This document shows positions 1 through 10,292 of a stretch of DNA of 64,000 bases, in pieces (position 1 is the stretch's first letter; every line of letters begins with the position of its first letter). A program made the translations under genes and the position numbers. The notes under the pieces are model-generated. The model searched no databases. It saw only the letters and a list, made by a program, of their open reading frames with translations, and was not told where the DNA came from. The stretch comes from Gammaproteobacteria bacterium (GTDB lineage: Bacteria; Pseudomonadota; Gammaproteobacteria; Chromatiales; Chromatiaceae): assembly GCA_011389885.1 (NCBI GenBank), contig JAABTK010000012.1:1371-65370 (forward strand). The letters are read 5' to 3'.

Positions 1-1086
1 AGTGGTGACGAGAAGAAGGCCTTTTCGGGCCATTCGGGACTGCGCGGCGTCTGTTCCACCAAGTTTCCACCGCGACTTTTCCACAAGGCGGATCTGCAAC
101 AGGAGGGCAGCGGCGCACTCTCCAGCAATGTCCGAGAGCTAATCGCCGGTAGCGAGCATCGGGTGATCGGCGCGGTGATCAACGCCATCGACGATCAATT
201 GAGCAGCAACGCCCAACTCGCCATCCGTTGGGGCGTGGAATCCATCTCGCTGTTGCGCCACATCCTGGAGGCGGCCCGGGAATCGGGGCGGATGGTGATC
301 CTGACCAGCGACCATGGGCACGTATTGGATCACGACATGAAGTATCGCAAGAGCAGTGGCGACGCGGAACGTTTCAGGAGTGCCGACGAAAAGCCCTCGG
401 CGGATGAGGTGCTGGTGGAGGGCGAGCGGGTTGTACTGCCGGGCCAGCGAGTGCTGCTACCCTGGTCGGAGCGGGTGCGCTACGCCAAGCAAAAGATGGG
501 CTATCACGGCGGCGCCAGCCTGCAAGAGCTGGCGATCCCCTTCGGCGTGTTTCGCAACGCGGGGGAAACCGAGGTGATAGAGGGCTGGCAAGAGGCCCCT
601 CGACAGGAGCCTTCGTGGTGGCGACTTCAAAAAGAAGTCGAGACGCCGGAGTCGAAGCCGGCGCCGACCGTAATCCCGCCGAGCAAACCCTCATCGGGTA
701 AAAAGGCCAAGCAGGAAGGGCAGATGGGGGACCTGTTCGAGCAACCCCCGGCCGCACCGAGCGCCGAAGCAGAACCGCAAGACTGGATCGAGGCATTGCT
801 GAACTCGCCGGTGTACGCCGAGATGAAGGCGCGGGCCGGGCGGGTGACCATTCGCGAGGAGCAATTACGCCAATTGCTGCAACTGCTGCAAGCCGGCGGC
901 GGACAGCAGATGCTCGCCGCCGTCACCGAGCGATTGAACCTGCCTGCCATCCGCGCTCACGGTTTCCTGGCCGGGGCGCAAAAGATACTGAACGTAGATG
1001 GCTATGCCGTACTCACCATCGACCGCGCCTCCAAGACCGTCCGGCTCAATATCGAATCCTTGAAGACGCAATTCGAGATTGATTGA
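1..1086 (+). CDS. pglZ: PglZ-domain (alkaline-phosphatase superfamily) protein, C-terminal part; 5' end lies upstream of the window
   Basis: Frame 1 is open from base 1 into tracked ORF 163..1086. It carries TSDHGH and YHGGASLQELAIP motifs typical of the PglZ core, then a Pro/Lys/Ala-rich linker and a helical tail of about 110 aa. Confidence 0.65.
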   Translation, partial: SGDEKKAFSGHSGLRGVCSTKFPPRLFHKADLQQEGSGALSSNVRELIAGSEHRVIGAVINAIDDQLSSNAQLAIRWGVESISLLRHILEAARESGRMVILTSDHGHVLDHDMKYRKSSGDAERFRSADEKPSADEVLVEGERVVLPGQRVLLPWSERVRYAKQKMGYHGGASLQELAIPFGVFRNAGETEVIEGWQEAPRQEPSWWRLQKEVETPESKPAPTVIPPSKPSSGKKAKQEGQMGDLFEQPPAAPSAEAEPQDWIEALLNSPVYAEMKARAGRVTIREEQLRQLLQLLQAGGGQQMLAAVTERLNLPAIRAHGFLAGAQKILNVDGYAVLTIDRASKTVRLNIESLKTQFEID

Positions 1087-1108
1087 TGCTGACTCGAACG
1101 GGTTATGC

Positions 1109-1278
1109 TTCTCGCCAAGGCGCGAAGATCGCCAAGAAGAACTTTGCGTTCTCGGCGTCTTTGCGAGAGTCTTCTTTTGCGGATCCAGGGTTTTCTCTCG
1201 CCAAGCCGCGAAGATCGCCAAGAAACACTTTGCGTTCTCTGCGTCTCTGCGAGAGTCTTCTTTTGCGGGTCCAGGGTT
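1109..1278. repeat. Tandem duplication, 2 x about 84 bp (GCCAAGG..GATCGCCAAGAA..CTTTGCGTTCTC.GCGTCT.TGCGAGAGTCTTCTTTTGCGG.TCCAGGGTT)
   Basis: Two near-identical consecutive units read directly from the sequence. The motifs are related to the CGCAGAG/GCCAAGG repeat family seen elsewhere in the window. Confidence 0.8.
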
Positions 1279-1420
1279 GCCCTCGTTACCAAGCTCTGCT
1301 TGGTAATGCCTGCGCGCCAAGCTCAGCTTGGCTTGGCGTATCGCCGAGGAATTCGCAAGTCGATCCAATGAACCACGCTTGGCCGATTCAGCCGGGTGCT
1401 CGCTGAAGACTTAACCAGGG

Positions 1421-1640
1421 TGACGGCACTTGGCTTGTCCTTGGCGGAGTTTCTTGATCTCCGCTTCGCGGCAAGCAGAGCTTGCGGAACCGGCGTTACC
1501 AAGCGGAGCTTGGTAACGAGGTAACCCGGATGACGGCGCTTGGTTTGTCCTTGGCGGCGCTTCTTGATCTTCGCTTCGCGGCAAGCAGAGCTTGCGGAAC
1601 CGGCGTTACCAAGCGGAGCTTGGTAACGAGGTAAAGCGGT
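1421..1640. repeat. Tandem duplication, 2 x 110 bp, each unit ending in the palindrome CGTTACCAAGC-GGA-GCTTGGTAACG; degenerate partial units continue to about 1710
   Basis: Unit starts TGACGGC(A/G)CTTGG lie at 1421 and 1531. A third copy of the palindrome lies at about 1285-1309. Confidence 0.8.
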
Positions 1641-1893
1641 GCTTGGTAACGAGTTAACAGGCAACGAGGTAAAGCGGAGCTTGGTGACGAGTTAAGCGGA
1701 GCTTAGCCGCTGTTTTTTGTATAGCATGGGGAGGTTGCTTAGTAAAGGGCTTTACTAAGCACTGACTAAGCTTTTCGCCGTGGTCGGGGGTGTAGTGAGA
1801 CGCGTAAGAGGAGGTTGATGGGGGTGGTTAGGTGATTGCCTTCCTTGGCTTTTGTGGCATTTCGCCGGATTGGCGGGGGATGCTGAGTTACCC

Positions 1894-2985
1894 TTAATTA
1901 TTCTGGATCACGATGTTGGGGAACTTGGCGGCGTAGCTCTTGGCTTGGAGGGAGAGCTTGCCAGCGGTTTTACGGGCGATTTCGCGGTAGATTTGGGAGA
2001 TGCGGGCGTCGGGTTCGGCCACTACGGTGGGTTTGCCGCCGTCGGTTTCTTCGCGGATGCGGATGTCTAGCGGCAGGGCGCCGAGGAAATCGACGCCGTA
2101 TTGCTCGGCCATGCGGTTGCCGCCGCCTTCGCCGAAGATGTGTTCTTCGTGGCCGCAGTTGGAGCAGATATGGATGCTCATGTTTTCTACGATGCCGAGT
2201 ACGGGGACTTCGACCTTTTCGAACATCTTGAAGCCTTTGCGGGCGTCGAGCAGGGCGATGTCTTGGGGGGTGGTGACGATGACGGCGCCGGACACGGGGA
2301 CCTTTTGCGCCAGCGTGAGCTGGGTGTCGCCGGTGCCGGGGGGCAGGTCGATGACCAGGTAGTCGAGGTCGTCCCAGTTGGTGTCGTTGAGGAGCTGTTC
2401 CAAAGCCTGGGTGACCATGGGGCCGCGCCAGATCATGGGGGTTTCTTCGTCGATCAGGAAGCCGATGGACATGGCTTGCATGCCGTGGGCCAGCATGGGT
2501 TCGAGGGTTTTGCCGTCTTTGGATTCGGGCTGGCCGGAGACGCCGAGCATGCGCGGTTGGGAGGGGCCGTAGATGTCGGCGTCGAGCACGCCGACCTTGG
2601 CCCCTTCGGCGACCAAGGCCAGGGCCAGGTTCACCGCGGTGGTGGATTTGCCCACGCCACCCTTGCCGGAGGCTACGGCGATGATGTTTTTGACGTTGTC
2701 AATGGGCTTGAGGGCCTTTTGCACCGAGTGGGCCGTGACCTTCCAGCCGACGCTGACTTCGGCCGCCGAGACGCCGTCTACGCCTTCCACGGCCTGTTTG
2801 ATCTTGGCCGCCAGTTCGTCCTTAATGCCGTCACAGGGGAAGCCCAGCTCGATCGTCACCTTGACCTGGTCGCCCGCGATGTCGATGCCCTTCACCGCCT
2901 TGGCCTGCACTAGGTCTTTGCCCAGGGCGGGCTCGATGTAGCCCTTGATCGCGTCTTCGATCTGTTCTTTGGTCAGCTCTGCCAT
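1894..2985 (-). CDS. apbC: Fe-S cluster carrier ATPase ApbC/Mrp
   Basis: 363 aa with an N-terminal MIP18-like domain and the deviant Walker A SGKGGVGKST. The CxxC (CSNC) region is present, and the gene is divergent from metG as in other gammaproteobacteria. Confidence 0.95.
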   Translation of the reverse strand: MAELTKEQIEDAIKGYIEPALGKDLVQAKAVKGIDIAGDQVKVTIELGFPCDGIKDELAAKIKQAVEGVDGVSAAEVSVGWKVTAHSVQKALKPIDNVKNIIAVASGKGGVGKSTTAVNLALALVAEGAKVGVLDADIYGPSQPRMLGVSGQPESKDGKTLEPMLAHGMQAMSIGFLIDEETPMIWRGPMVTQALEQLLNDTNWDDLDYLVIDLPPGTGDTQLTLAQKVPVSGAVIVTTPQDIALLDARKGFKMFEKVEVPVLGIVENMSIHICSNCGHEEHIFGEGGGNRMAEQYGVDFLGALPLDIRIREETDGGKPTVVAEPDARISQIYREIARKTAGKLSLQAKSYAAKFPNIVIQNN

Positions 2986-3316
2986 TCTCTATTCTCCTGC
3001 ACGCGGACCCGAGGCCCGGTTTTTGAACTTAAGGTTTGGTTGGATCGCCAATGGGCGGCATTCTACACTAGGGCGGCGCGATACCCAACTATTTTAGTCG
3101 GTCTTTTCCCCGCGAAACTGCCTGGAAAAGTCACGGCGCGATGTTACGATGGCGCGATTTGTGGAATAATGGCGCGTTTCAATGCTCGGCGCACCGAGCA
3201 TTGAGCCTCCGCAGACCCGAGAGTCGAAGCCCCGCGGCCGGCCCTGACAGGCCCCCGGGGATCATAATATAAAGGTGCTTTGCACACCCTATCCGGACTG
3301 AATAACGAGACTACCT

Positions 3317-5383
3317 ATGCGAAAGATTCTGGTCACCAGCGCCCTGCCCTATGCCAACGGCCCGATCCATATCGGCCATCTAGTGGAGTACATCCAGACT
3401 GATATTTGGGTGCGCTTCCAGAAAATGCAAGGTCATCAGTGCTACTACTGCTGCGCCGACGACACCCACGGCACGCCCATCATGCTGCGGGCGGAGAAGG
3501 AGGGCCTCACGCCCGAAGCCCTGATCGATCGGGTGTGGCACGAGCACAAGGCGGACTTTGACGGCTTTTTGGTCGGCTTTGATAATTACTACAGCACCAA
3601 CACCGACGAGACCCGCCACTACGCCGAGGATATCTACACCAAGCTTCGGGCGCGGGGGCTGATCGAGGAGCGCACCATTGAGCAGTTCTTCGACCCGGTG
3701 AAGGCCATGTTCCTGCCGGACCGCTTCATCAAGGGCGAGTGCCCCAAGTGTCACGCCAAGGATCAGTACGGCGACTCCTGCGAGGCCTGCGGCACGACCT
3801 ATCAGCCCACCGAGCTGATCGAGCCCTATTCCGCGGTCTCCGGCGCCGCGCCCGAGCGGCGCGAGTCGGTGCATCATTTTTTCACCCTAGGCCGCTGTGC
3901 GGACTTCCTGCACGACTGGGTGAAGCCGCCGCAGGTCCAGCCGGAGGCGGGCAATAAGCTGAACGAGTGGCTGGACTCGGGCTTGACCGACTGGGACATC
4001 TCGCGGGATGCGCCCTATTTCGGCTTCGAGATCCCGGATGCGCCGGGCAAGTATTTCTATGTCTGGCTGGATGCGCCCATCGGCTATATGGGCAGCTTCA
4101 GGCACCTGTGCGAGCGCGAGGGGCTGGATTTCGACGCCTTTTGGGACCGGCAAAGGGCCGCCGAGGCCGGCACCGAGCTGTACCACTTCGTGGGCAAGGA
4201 TATTTTGTATTTCCATGCCCTGTTCTGGCCCGCGGAGCTGGAGCATTCCGGTTACCGCACGCCCACCGCGGTGTTCGCCCACGGCTTTCTGACCGTGGAC
4301 GGGCAGAAGATGTCTAAGTCCCGCGGCACCTTCATCACCGCCTCTAGCTACTTAAAGCACCTCAAGCCCGAGTACCTGCGCTACTACTTCGCGGCCAAGC
4401 TCGGCGGCGGGATTGAGGATATCGACCTGAGCCTGGACGACTTCGTGGCGCGGGTCAACTCGGACCTGATCGGCAAGTATGTGAACATCGCCAGCCGTTC
4501 GGCGGGTTTCCTGGTGAAGCGCTTCGGCGGCGAGCTGGTCGCTGTCGCCGACCAGCGCATCGTGCAACGGGTGGCGCAAGGGGCTGACGAAATCGCCGCA
4601 TTCTACGAGGCCCGCGAATACGGCAAGGCCCTGCGCAAGATCATGGCCTTGGCGGCGGAGGTGAACGGCTACACGGACGAAGAGAAGCCCTGGGAGATGG
4701 CCAAGCAGGAGGGGCGGGATGCACAGCTGCAATTGGTGTGCAGCGTGCTGATCAACTGCTTCCGGCTGCTGACCATCTATCTCAAGCCGGTGATGCCCGA
4801 GCTCGCCGCCGGCGTGGCCAAGTTCCTGAACGTGGACGGATTTCAATGGGCGGACGGCCGGACGCTGCTGCCCGCGGGCCACAAGATCAACAAATACAAG
4901 CACCTCGCCACCCGCATCGAGCCGAAACAGATTGAGGCCCTGCTGGAGGACAACAAGGTCAACATGGAGGCCGCGGACAGCGGGCATTCTCAGGCCCGGC
5001 ATGCCGAAAAGCAGCAACACGAGGCGGAGGCCGCCACCGTGGTGGAGCCGATTATGGAGACCATCGGGATTGAGGATTTCAACAAAATCGACCTGCGGGT
5101 GGCGCGCATCGTGGATGCCAACCCCGTGCAGGGCGCGGACAAACTGGTGCAGCTCACCCTTGACCTGGGGGGCGAACAGCGCAATGTCTTTGCTGGCATT
5201 AAGCCCGCTTACGACCCCGAGACGCTGAAGGGCAAGCTGACGGTGATGGCGGCCAACCTGGCCCCGCGCAAGATGCGCTTCGGGGTCTCCGAGGGCATGG
5301 TGCTGGCGGCGGGGCCCGGGGGCCAGGATCTGTTTATCCTGAGCCCGGACGAGGGCGCACAGCCCGGGATGCGGGTGAAGTAG
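3317..5383 (+). CDS. metG: Methionine--tRNA ligase
   Basis: 688 aa with a HIGH-type motif (ANGPIHIGH), KMSKS and Zn knuckles (CPKCH..CEACG). A C-terminal tRNA-binding (EMAP-like) domain is present. Confidence 0.97.
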   Translation: MRKILVTSALPYANGPIHIGHLVEYIQTDIWVRFQKMQGHQCYYCCADDTHGTPIMLRAEKEGLTPEALIDRVWHEHKADFDGFLVGFDNYYSTNTDETRHYAEDIYTKLRARGLIEERTIEQFFDPVKAMFLPDRFIKGECPKCHAKDQYGDSCEACGTTYQPTELIEPYSAVSGAAPERRESVHHFFTLGRCADFLHDWVKPPQVQPEAGNKLNEWLDSGLTDWDISRDAPYFGFEIPDAPGKYFYVWLDAPIGYMGSFRHLCEREGLDFDAFWDRQRAAEAGTELYHFVGKDILYFHALFWPAELEHSGYRTPTAVFAHGFLTVDGQKMSKSRGTFITASSYLKHLKPEYLRYYFAAKLGGGIEDIDLSLDDFVARVNSDLIGKYVNIASRSAGFLVKRFGGELVAVADQRIVQRVAQGADEIAAFYEAREYGKALRKIMALAAEVNGYTDEEKPWEMAKQEGRDAQLQLVCSVLINCFRLLTIYLKPVMPELAAGVAKFLNVDGFQWADGRTLLPAGHKINKYKHLATRIEPKQIEALLEDNKVNMEAADSGHSQARHAEKQQHEAEAATVVEPIMETIGIEDFNKIDLRVARIVDANPVQGADKLVQLTLDLGGEQRNVFAGIKPAYDPETLKGKLTVMAANLAPRKMRFGVSEGMVLAAGPGGQDLFILSPDEGAQPGMRVK

Positions 5384-5578
5384 GGCCGCGCGGCGCCGGG
5401 GTCGCGCCCGCCAGGGCTTGAGCGGTCAAGGCGCGCCGGGTGCGCTTGGCCCCTCCTGCGCCAAATCGGGGCGGGCGGTTTGCGGATCGTCATGGCATGA
5501 CGCTCCAAATATGATCTATAAGGCGGCGTATCAGATGATTTTGTTGGTTTTTTGACAGCCTCGGCACGGTGGAGACCC

Positions 5579-6160
5579 ATGCAAGAATACGCATTGATCC
5601 TGGTCAGCACCATTCTGGTGAACAACTTTGTGTTGGTGAAGTTCCTGGGGCTTTGCCCCTTTATGGGCGTCTCCAGCAAGGTGGACACCGCGGTGGGCAT
5701 GGGCCTGGCCACCACCTTTGTCCTCACCCTCTCTTCTATCATCAGCTACCTCGCCAACACCTACCTGCTGGCCCCGCTGGGCATTGAGTACCTGCGCACC
5801 ATCACCTTTATCCTGGTGATCGCGGCGGTGGTGCAGTTCACCGAGATGGTGATCCGCAAGACCAGCCCGCTGCTGTATCAGGTGCTGGGGATCTTTCTGC
5901 CGTTAATCACTACCAACTGCGCGGTGCTCGGGGTGGCGCTGTTGAATGTGCAGGAGCAGCATAATTTCGTGCAGTCGGCGCTGTACGGTTTCGGCGCCGC
6001 CGTGGGTTTCTCGCTGGTGCTGGCCCTGTTCGCCGCGGTGCGCGAGCGGGTGGACGTGGCGGATGTCCCGCTGCCGTTCCAGGGCAGCGCCATCGGTCTC
6101 ATCACCGCCGGTCTGATGTCCATGGCCTTCATGGGCTTTGTCGGCCTGGTCGCCACCTGA
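5579..6160 (+). CDS. rnfA: Rnf electron-transport complex subunit A
   Basis: [32 protein letters not shown] is the canonical RnfA N-terminus. A GGAG Shine-Dalgarno lies 5 nt upstream; the start was trimmed from tracked ORF 5552. Confidence 0.94.
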   Translation: MQEYALILVSTILVNNFVLVKFLGLCPFMGVSSKVDTAVGMGLATTFVLTLSSIISYLANTYLLAPLGIEYLRTITFILVIAAVVQFTEMVIRKTSPLLYQVLGIFLPLITTNCAVLGVALLNVQEQHNFVQSALYGFGAAVGFSLVLALFAAVRERVDVADVPLPFQGSAIGLITAGLMSMAFMGFVGLVAT

Positions 6161-6173
6161 GGAGGTCCGTCCC

Positions 6174-6749
6174 ATGATCGAAGCCATTGCGGCCATCTCC
6201 CTGCTCGCCCTGATCTTCGGCCTGCTGCTGGGCTATTCCTCGATCCGCTTTAAGGTGGAAGAGAACCCGGTCGTGGAACAGGTGAACGAACTCCTGCCCC
6301 AGACCCAGTGCGGCCAGTGCGGCTATCCGGGCTGCAAGCCCTACGCCGAGGCCGTGGCCGCCGGCGAGGCCCCGATCAACCTTTGCCCGCCCGGCGGCAC
6401 CGTGACCATGGAGTCCATCGCCACGGTGCTGGGGGTGGAGCCGATTCCATTAGATGTGGAGGTGGTGGAGGAGAGGCCCAAGACCCGCGCCTGGATCGAT
6501 GAAGACGTCTGCATCGGCTGCACGGTCTGCATCAAGGCCTGCCCGGTGGATGCCATCCTGGGGACCACCAAGCAGATGCATACGGTGATCGCCTCCGAAT
6601 GCACCGGCTGTGAGAAGTGCGTAGAGCCCTGCCCGGTGGACTGCATCTATATGGTCCCCATCCAAGCGGGCGTGGCGGACTGGACCTGGCCCTTCCCCGA
6701 GCGCGGCCGCCCCGGCGAAATCGCCGAGCCGGCGCGCAAGGCCGCCTGA
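6174..6749 (+). CDS. rnfB: Rnf complex subunit B (polyferredoxin)
   Basis: N-terminal TM helix, the [13 protein letters not shown] motif and two 4Fe-4S CxxCxxCxxxCP motifs. A GGAGG Shine-Dalgarno lies upstream of the ATG at 6174. Confidence 0.93.
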   Translation: MIEAIAAISLLALIFGLLLGYSSIRFKVEENPVVEQVNELLPQTQCGQCGYPGCKPYAEAVAAGEAPINLCPPGGTVTMESIATVLGVEPIPLDVEVVEERPKTRAWIDEDVCIGCTVCIKACPVDAILGTTKQMHTVIASECTGCEKCVEPCPVDCIYMVPIQAGVADWTWPFPERGRPGEIAEPARKAA

Positions 6750-6764
6750 AGCCGGAGGAGACCC

Positions 6765-8495
6765 ATGCTGAACATCGCTGCAACCGACGCCTCGGCGCGC
6801 AAGATCCACCCGCTGCCCGGCGGCCTGCACCTACCGGACAATAAGCACCAGTCCAGCGTGCGGCCGATCATGCAGGCCGCGCTGCCCAAGCGGTTGATCA
6901 TCCCCCTGCGTCAGCATGCGGGCAACCCGGCCGAGCCCTTGGTGAAGGCGGGCGACCCGGTGCTTAAGGGGCAGAAGATCGCGCAGGGCGAGGGCCTGAT
7001 CAGCGCCCCGCTGCATGCCCCGAGTTCGGGGGTGGTCAGCGCCATCCAATCCCTGCCGGCCCCCCATCCCTCCGGGTTGTCGGAGCCCTGCGTGGTGATC
7101 GAGACCGATGGCGAGGAACGCTGGGCCGAGTTGCCAGCCCCCATGGACTACCGCCAGGCGAACCCGGCGGCGATCTTGGAACGCGTCCGAGCGGCCGGCG
7201 TGGTGGGATTGGGCGGGGCCGCGTTCCCGGCCAGCGTGAAGCTGTCGCCGCGCCCGGGGGACGGCCTGCACACCCTGATCATCAATGGCGCCGAGTGCGA
7301 GCCCTATATCACCTGCGATGACCTGCTGATGCGCGAGCGCGCGGCCAAGGTGCTGGCCGGGATCGATATTATCCGCACCCTGCTGCAAGTGGAAAAGACC
7401 ATCATCGGGATCGAAGATAACAAGATCGAGGCCATCGCCGCCATGCGCACGGCCCGCGACCTGGCCGGCTATGAGGCGATGGAGATCGTGGTGATCCCCA
7501 CCCGCTACCCCAGCGGCGGCGAGAAACAGTTGATCTATATCCTCACCGGTGAAGAGATCCCCAGCGGCGGCATCCCGGCGCAAATCGGCATGGTCTGCCA
7601 CAACGTAGGCACCGCCGCCGCAGTGGCCGATGCGGTGCTTGAAGGCAAGCCGCTGATTAGTCGCCTCATCACCATCACCGGCGAGGGGGTGGCCGAGCCG
7701 CGTAACCTGGAGGCGCTCATGGGTTCGCCCGTGGCCGACCTCATCGCCCAGGCCGGCGGCTACACCCCCAAGGCCAACAAGCTGATCCTCGGCGGCCCCA
7801 TGATGGGTTACACCCTGTTCAGCGACGAAATCCCCATCGCCAAGGCCACCAACTGCATCCTCGCGGCCAGCACCGCCGAGGCCCCGGATCCAGGCCCGGC
7901 GCTGGCGTGCATTCGCTGCGGCCGCTGCGCCGAGGCCTGCCCGATGAGCCTGCTGCCGCAGCAACTGTACTGGCATTCGCGGGCCAAGGCGCTGGGCAAG
8001 GCCTGCGATTACAATCTTTTCGACTGCATCGAGTGCGGCTGCTGCTCCCATGTCTGCCCCTCGCATATCCCGCTGGTGCAGTATTTCCGCTTCGCCAAGA
8101 GCGAGCACCGCCGCGAGGAGGCCGAGAAACGCAAGGCCGAGCTGGCCAAGCGGCGCCACGACGCCCGCCAGGAACGCCTAGAGCGGCTGGAGCGCGAGAA
8201 GAAAGAGGCCATGCGCAAGAAGCAGGAGGCGATGAAGGCCAAAAAGACCGCCGCCGGGGGCGACGCCGGAGACGCCAAGCAGGCCGCCATCGCCGCTGCG
8301 GCCAAGCGGGCGGCGGCCAAAAAGGCCGAGCGGGCGACCCAAGGCGAGGCCCCGAAAAACACCCAAGGCCTGAGCGCGGCCCAGCAGCGGCAGATCGACG
8401 AGGCCGAGGCCCGCCGCGCGCAGGCCCGCAAGACCGCGCACAGCGAAGATCGCGCACGCCCAGCCGCCGCCACCGAAAGCCCACCCCAGGACTAA
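6765..8495 (+). CDS. rnfC: Rnf complex subunit C with a Lys/Ala/Glu-rich C-terminal tail
   Basis: 576 aa with the GLGGAAFP NADH/FMN-site motif and two CxxCxxCxxxCP ferredoxin motifs. The low-complexity tail resembles that of RsxC. Confidence 0.93.
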   Translation: MLNIAATDASARKIHPLPGGLHLPDNKHQSSVRPIMQAALPKRLIIPLRQHAGNPAEPLVKAGDPVLKGQKIAQGEGLISAPLHAPSSGVVSAIQSLPAPHPSGLSEPCVVIETDGEERWAELPAPMDYRQANPAAILERVRAAGVVGLGGAAFPASVKLSPRPGDGLHTLIINGAECEPYITCDDLLMRERAAKVLAGIDIIRTLLQVEKTIIGIEDNKIEAIAAMRTARDLAGYEAMEIVVIPTRYPSGGEKQLIYILTGEEIPSGGIPAQIGMVCHNVGTAAAVADAVLEGKPLISRLITITGEGVAEPRNLEALMGSPVADLIAQAGGYTPKANKLILGGPMMGYTLFSDEIPIAKATNCILAASTAEAPDPGPALACIRCGRCAEACPMSLLPQQLYWHSRAKALGKACDYNLFDCIECGCCSHVCPSHIPLVQYFRFAKSEHRREEAEKRKAELAKRRHDARQERLERLEREKKEAMRKKQEAMKAKKTAAGGDAGDAKQAAIAAAAKRAAAKKAERATQGEAPKNTQGLSAAQQRQIDEAEARRAQARKTAHSEDRARPAAATESPPQD

Positions 8496-8501
8496 CGTCG
8501 G

Positions 8502-9545
8502 ATGCAATTCCCCACCCTGACCTCCCCCCACACCGAGCGTCCGAATCAGGTCGATCAAACCATGCTGATGGTGGTCCTGGCGCTGATCCCGGGCGCCCTG
8601 GCGATGATTTGGTACTTCGGCTGGGGGATATTGATCAACCTCGTCCTGGCCGCGATTGCCGCACTGCTTAGCGAGGCGATGGCGCAGAAGCTGCGGGGCC
8701 GTCCGGCCTTCGGCACGCTGCGCGACCTGAGCGCCCTCGTCACCGCCATGCTGTTCGCCCTGGCCCTGCCGCCGCTGCTGCCCTGGTGGCTCACGGTGCT
8801 GGGCGCGGCCTTCGCCATCCTGGTGGTCAAGGAGATGTACGGCGGCATCGGCTACAACCCCTTCAACCCGGCCATGGCGGGCTATGTGCTGTTGCTGATC
8901 TCCTATCCGGTGCCCATGACCACCTGGCTGGCCCCCTCGGTGATCGCCGAGCACAGCCTGAGCTTCGGTCAGACCTTGACCGCCATCTTCACCCGCGCCC
9001 TGCCGGCCGGTCTGAGTTGGGACGCGCTCACCTCGGCCACGCCGCTCGACAGCATGCGCACCCAGCTCGACATGAACTACACCGTCACTGAAATCCGCGA
9101 AAGCCCGCTGTGGGGCGCCTTCGGCGGGCGCGGCTGGGAATGGGCCGGCAATTGGTTCCTGCTCGGCGGGCTGTTTCTGCTGTGGCGGCGGGTGATCACC
9201 TGGCATATCCCGGCGGCGGTGCTCGGCGGCCTACTGGCCATGGCCACCGTGTTCTTTCTCGTCGATCCCGACACCCATCCGTTTCCGCTATTTCATATAT
9301 TCAGCGGCGGGGCCATCCTCTGCGCCTTTTTTATCGCCACCGATCCGGTCACCGCCAGCACCACCCAAAAGGGCCAATTGATCTACGGCGCGCTAATCGG
9401 AATCTTCATTTACATCATCCGCAGTTGGGGCGGCTACCCGGAGGCCGTGGCCTTCGCGGTCTTGCTGATGAACATGGCCGCCCCCACCATTGACCACTAC
9501 ACCCAACCCCGGGTGTTCGGACACGGGAGACTGAGCGATGATTAA
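8502..9545 (+). CDS. rnfD: Rnf complex subunit D
   Basis: 347-aa polytopic membrane protein of the NqrB/RnfD family. It has the conserved flavinylation region (SGATPL-like: TSATPLD) and sits in the expected operon position. Confidence 0.93.
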   Translation: MQFPTLTSPHTERPNQVDQTMLMVVLALIPGALAMIWYFGWGILINLVLAAIAALLSEAMAQKLRGRPAFGTLRDLSALVTAMLFALALPPLLPWWLTVLGAAFAILVVKEMYGGIGYNPFNPAMAGYVLLLISYPVPMTTWLAPSVIAEHSLSFGQTLTAIFTRALPAGLSWDALTSATPLDSMRTQLDMNYTVTEIRESPLWGAFGGRGWEWAGNWFLLGGLFLLWRRVITWHIPAAVLGGLLAMATVFFLVDPDTHPFPLFHIFSGGAILCAFFIATDPVTASTTQKGQLIYGALIGIFIYIIRSWGGYPEAVAFAVLLMNMAAPTIDHYTQPRVFGHGRLSDD

Positions 9546-10188
9546 ACACCCCATCGTCAAGGCCGGGCTGCTGCTGGCGGCCTTCGCCGTCTTGGGGACC
9601 GGCTTGGTGGCCTTCACCCACCAAACCACCGCCGAACGCATCGCGGCCAACGAACGCAATGCGCTGTTGCGCATGCTGCATGCGATAGTGCCGGCGGAAA
9701 CCATCGATAACGACATCGTCAACGACATGACCGTGGTCAGCGACCCCGAACACCTGGGCCAGGCCGAGACCGAGGTCTACCTGGGGCGCAAAGACGGCCA
9801 ACCAGTGGCCGCGGTCTTCACCCCGGTGGTGCCGGACGGCTACAGCGGCCCGATCAAACTGCTAGTGGCGGTGCGCACCGACGGCGTCCTCGGCGGCGTG
9901 CGCGTGGTGGCCCATAAGGAAACCCCGGGGCTCGGGGATAAGGTGGAAGTGGAGAAGTCCGATTGGATCTTCTCCTTTAACGGCAAGTCTATTGGCCAAC
10001 CCAAATTGGCGGACTGGAAGGTGCGGCGCGACGGCGGCGTGTTCGACCAATTCACCGGCGCCACCGTCACCCCGCGCTCCATCGTCAAGGCGGTGAAGAA
10101 CACCCTGCTGTATTACCGCCAACACGGCGAGCCATTGTTCAAGACCCCGCAGGAAGCGGCCCCGGCCGAATCGCCCGCCCATGGCTGA
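9538..10188 (+). CDS. rnfG: Rnf complex subunit G
   Basis: 216 aa with an N-terminal anchor and the FMN-binding motif [13 protein letters not shown]. The start overlaps the rnfD stop. Confidence 0.9.
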   Translation: MIKHPIVKAGLLLAAFAVLGTGLVAFTHQTTAERIAANERNALLRMLHAIVPAETIDNDIVNDMTVVSDPEHLGQAETEVYLGRKDGQPVAAVFTPVVPDGYSGPIKLLVAVRTDGVLGGVRVVAHKETPGLGDKVEVEKSDWIFSFNGKSIGQPKLADWKVRRDGGVFDQFTGATVTPRSIVKAVKNTLLYYRQHGEPLFKTPQEAAPAESPAHG

Positions 10189-10292
10189 CCGGCACTAGGG
10201 GTTGGGCCTGCAGACCGAGCGACGCCTATGGCCGGCCGGCTAAGGCCTCGACCTCCCAACCGCGACCAAACCCACGACCGAGACCCCTCACC

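Noticed and set aside
865-1664. ORFs 865..1368(-), 1323..1664(-) and 1079..1406(+) downstream of pglZ as possible small defence-associated genes.
   Set aside because: They only translate the tandem and palindromic repeats. The same peptide strings recur in several frames, and none has a credible RBS.
5542-5557. TGT-N10-ACA (TGTTGGTTTTTTGACA) upstream of rnfA as a NifA enhancer.
   Set aside because: It lies only about 25 bp from the rnfA start codon, with no properly spaced TGGCAC-N5-TTGC element downstream of it. The nearby TGGCATGACGCTCCA lacks the -12 GC. The motif is short enough to occur by chance many times in 64 kb.
8100-8495. The Lys/Ala/Glu-rich tail of RnfC and the Lys/Glu-rich N-region of IF-2 (about 17300-17900) as possible inserted or novel domains.
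   Set aside because: Comparable low-complexity extensions are normal for RsxC/RnfC and for IF-2 in gammaproteobacteria. There is no frame disruption or repeat-element signature.
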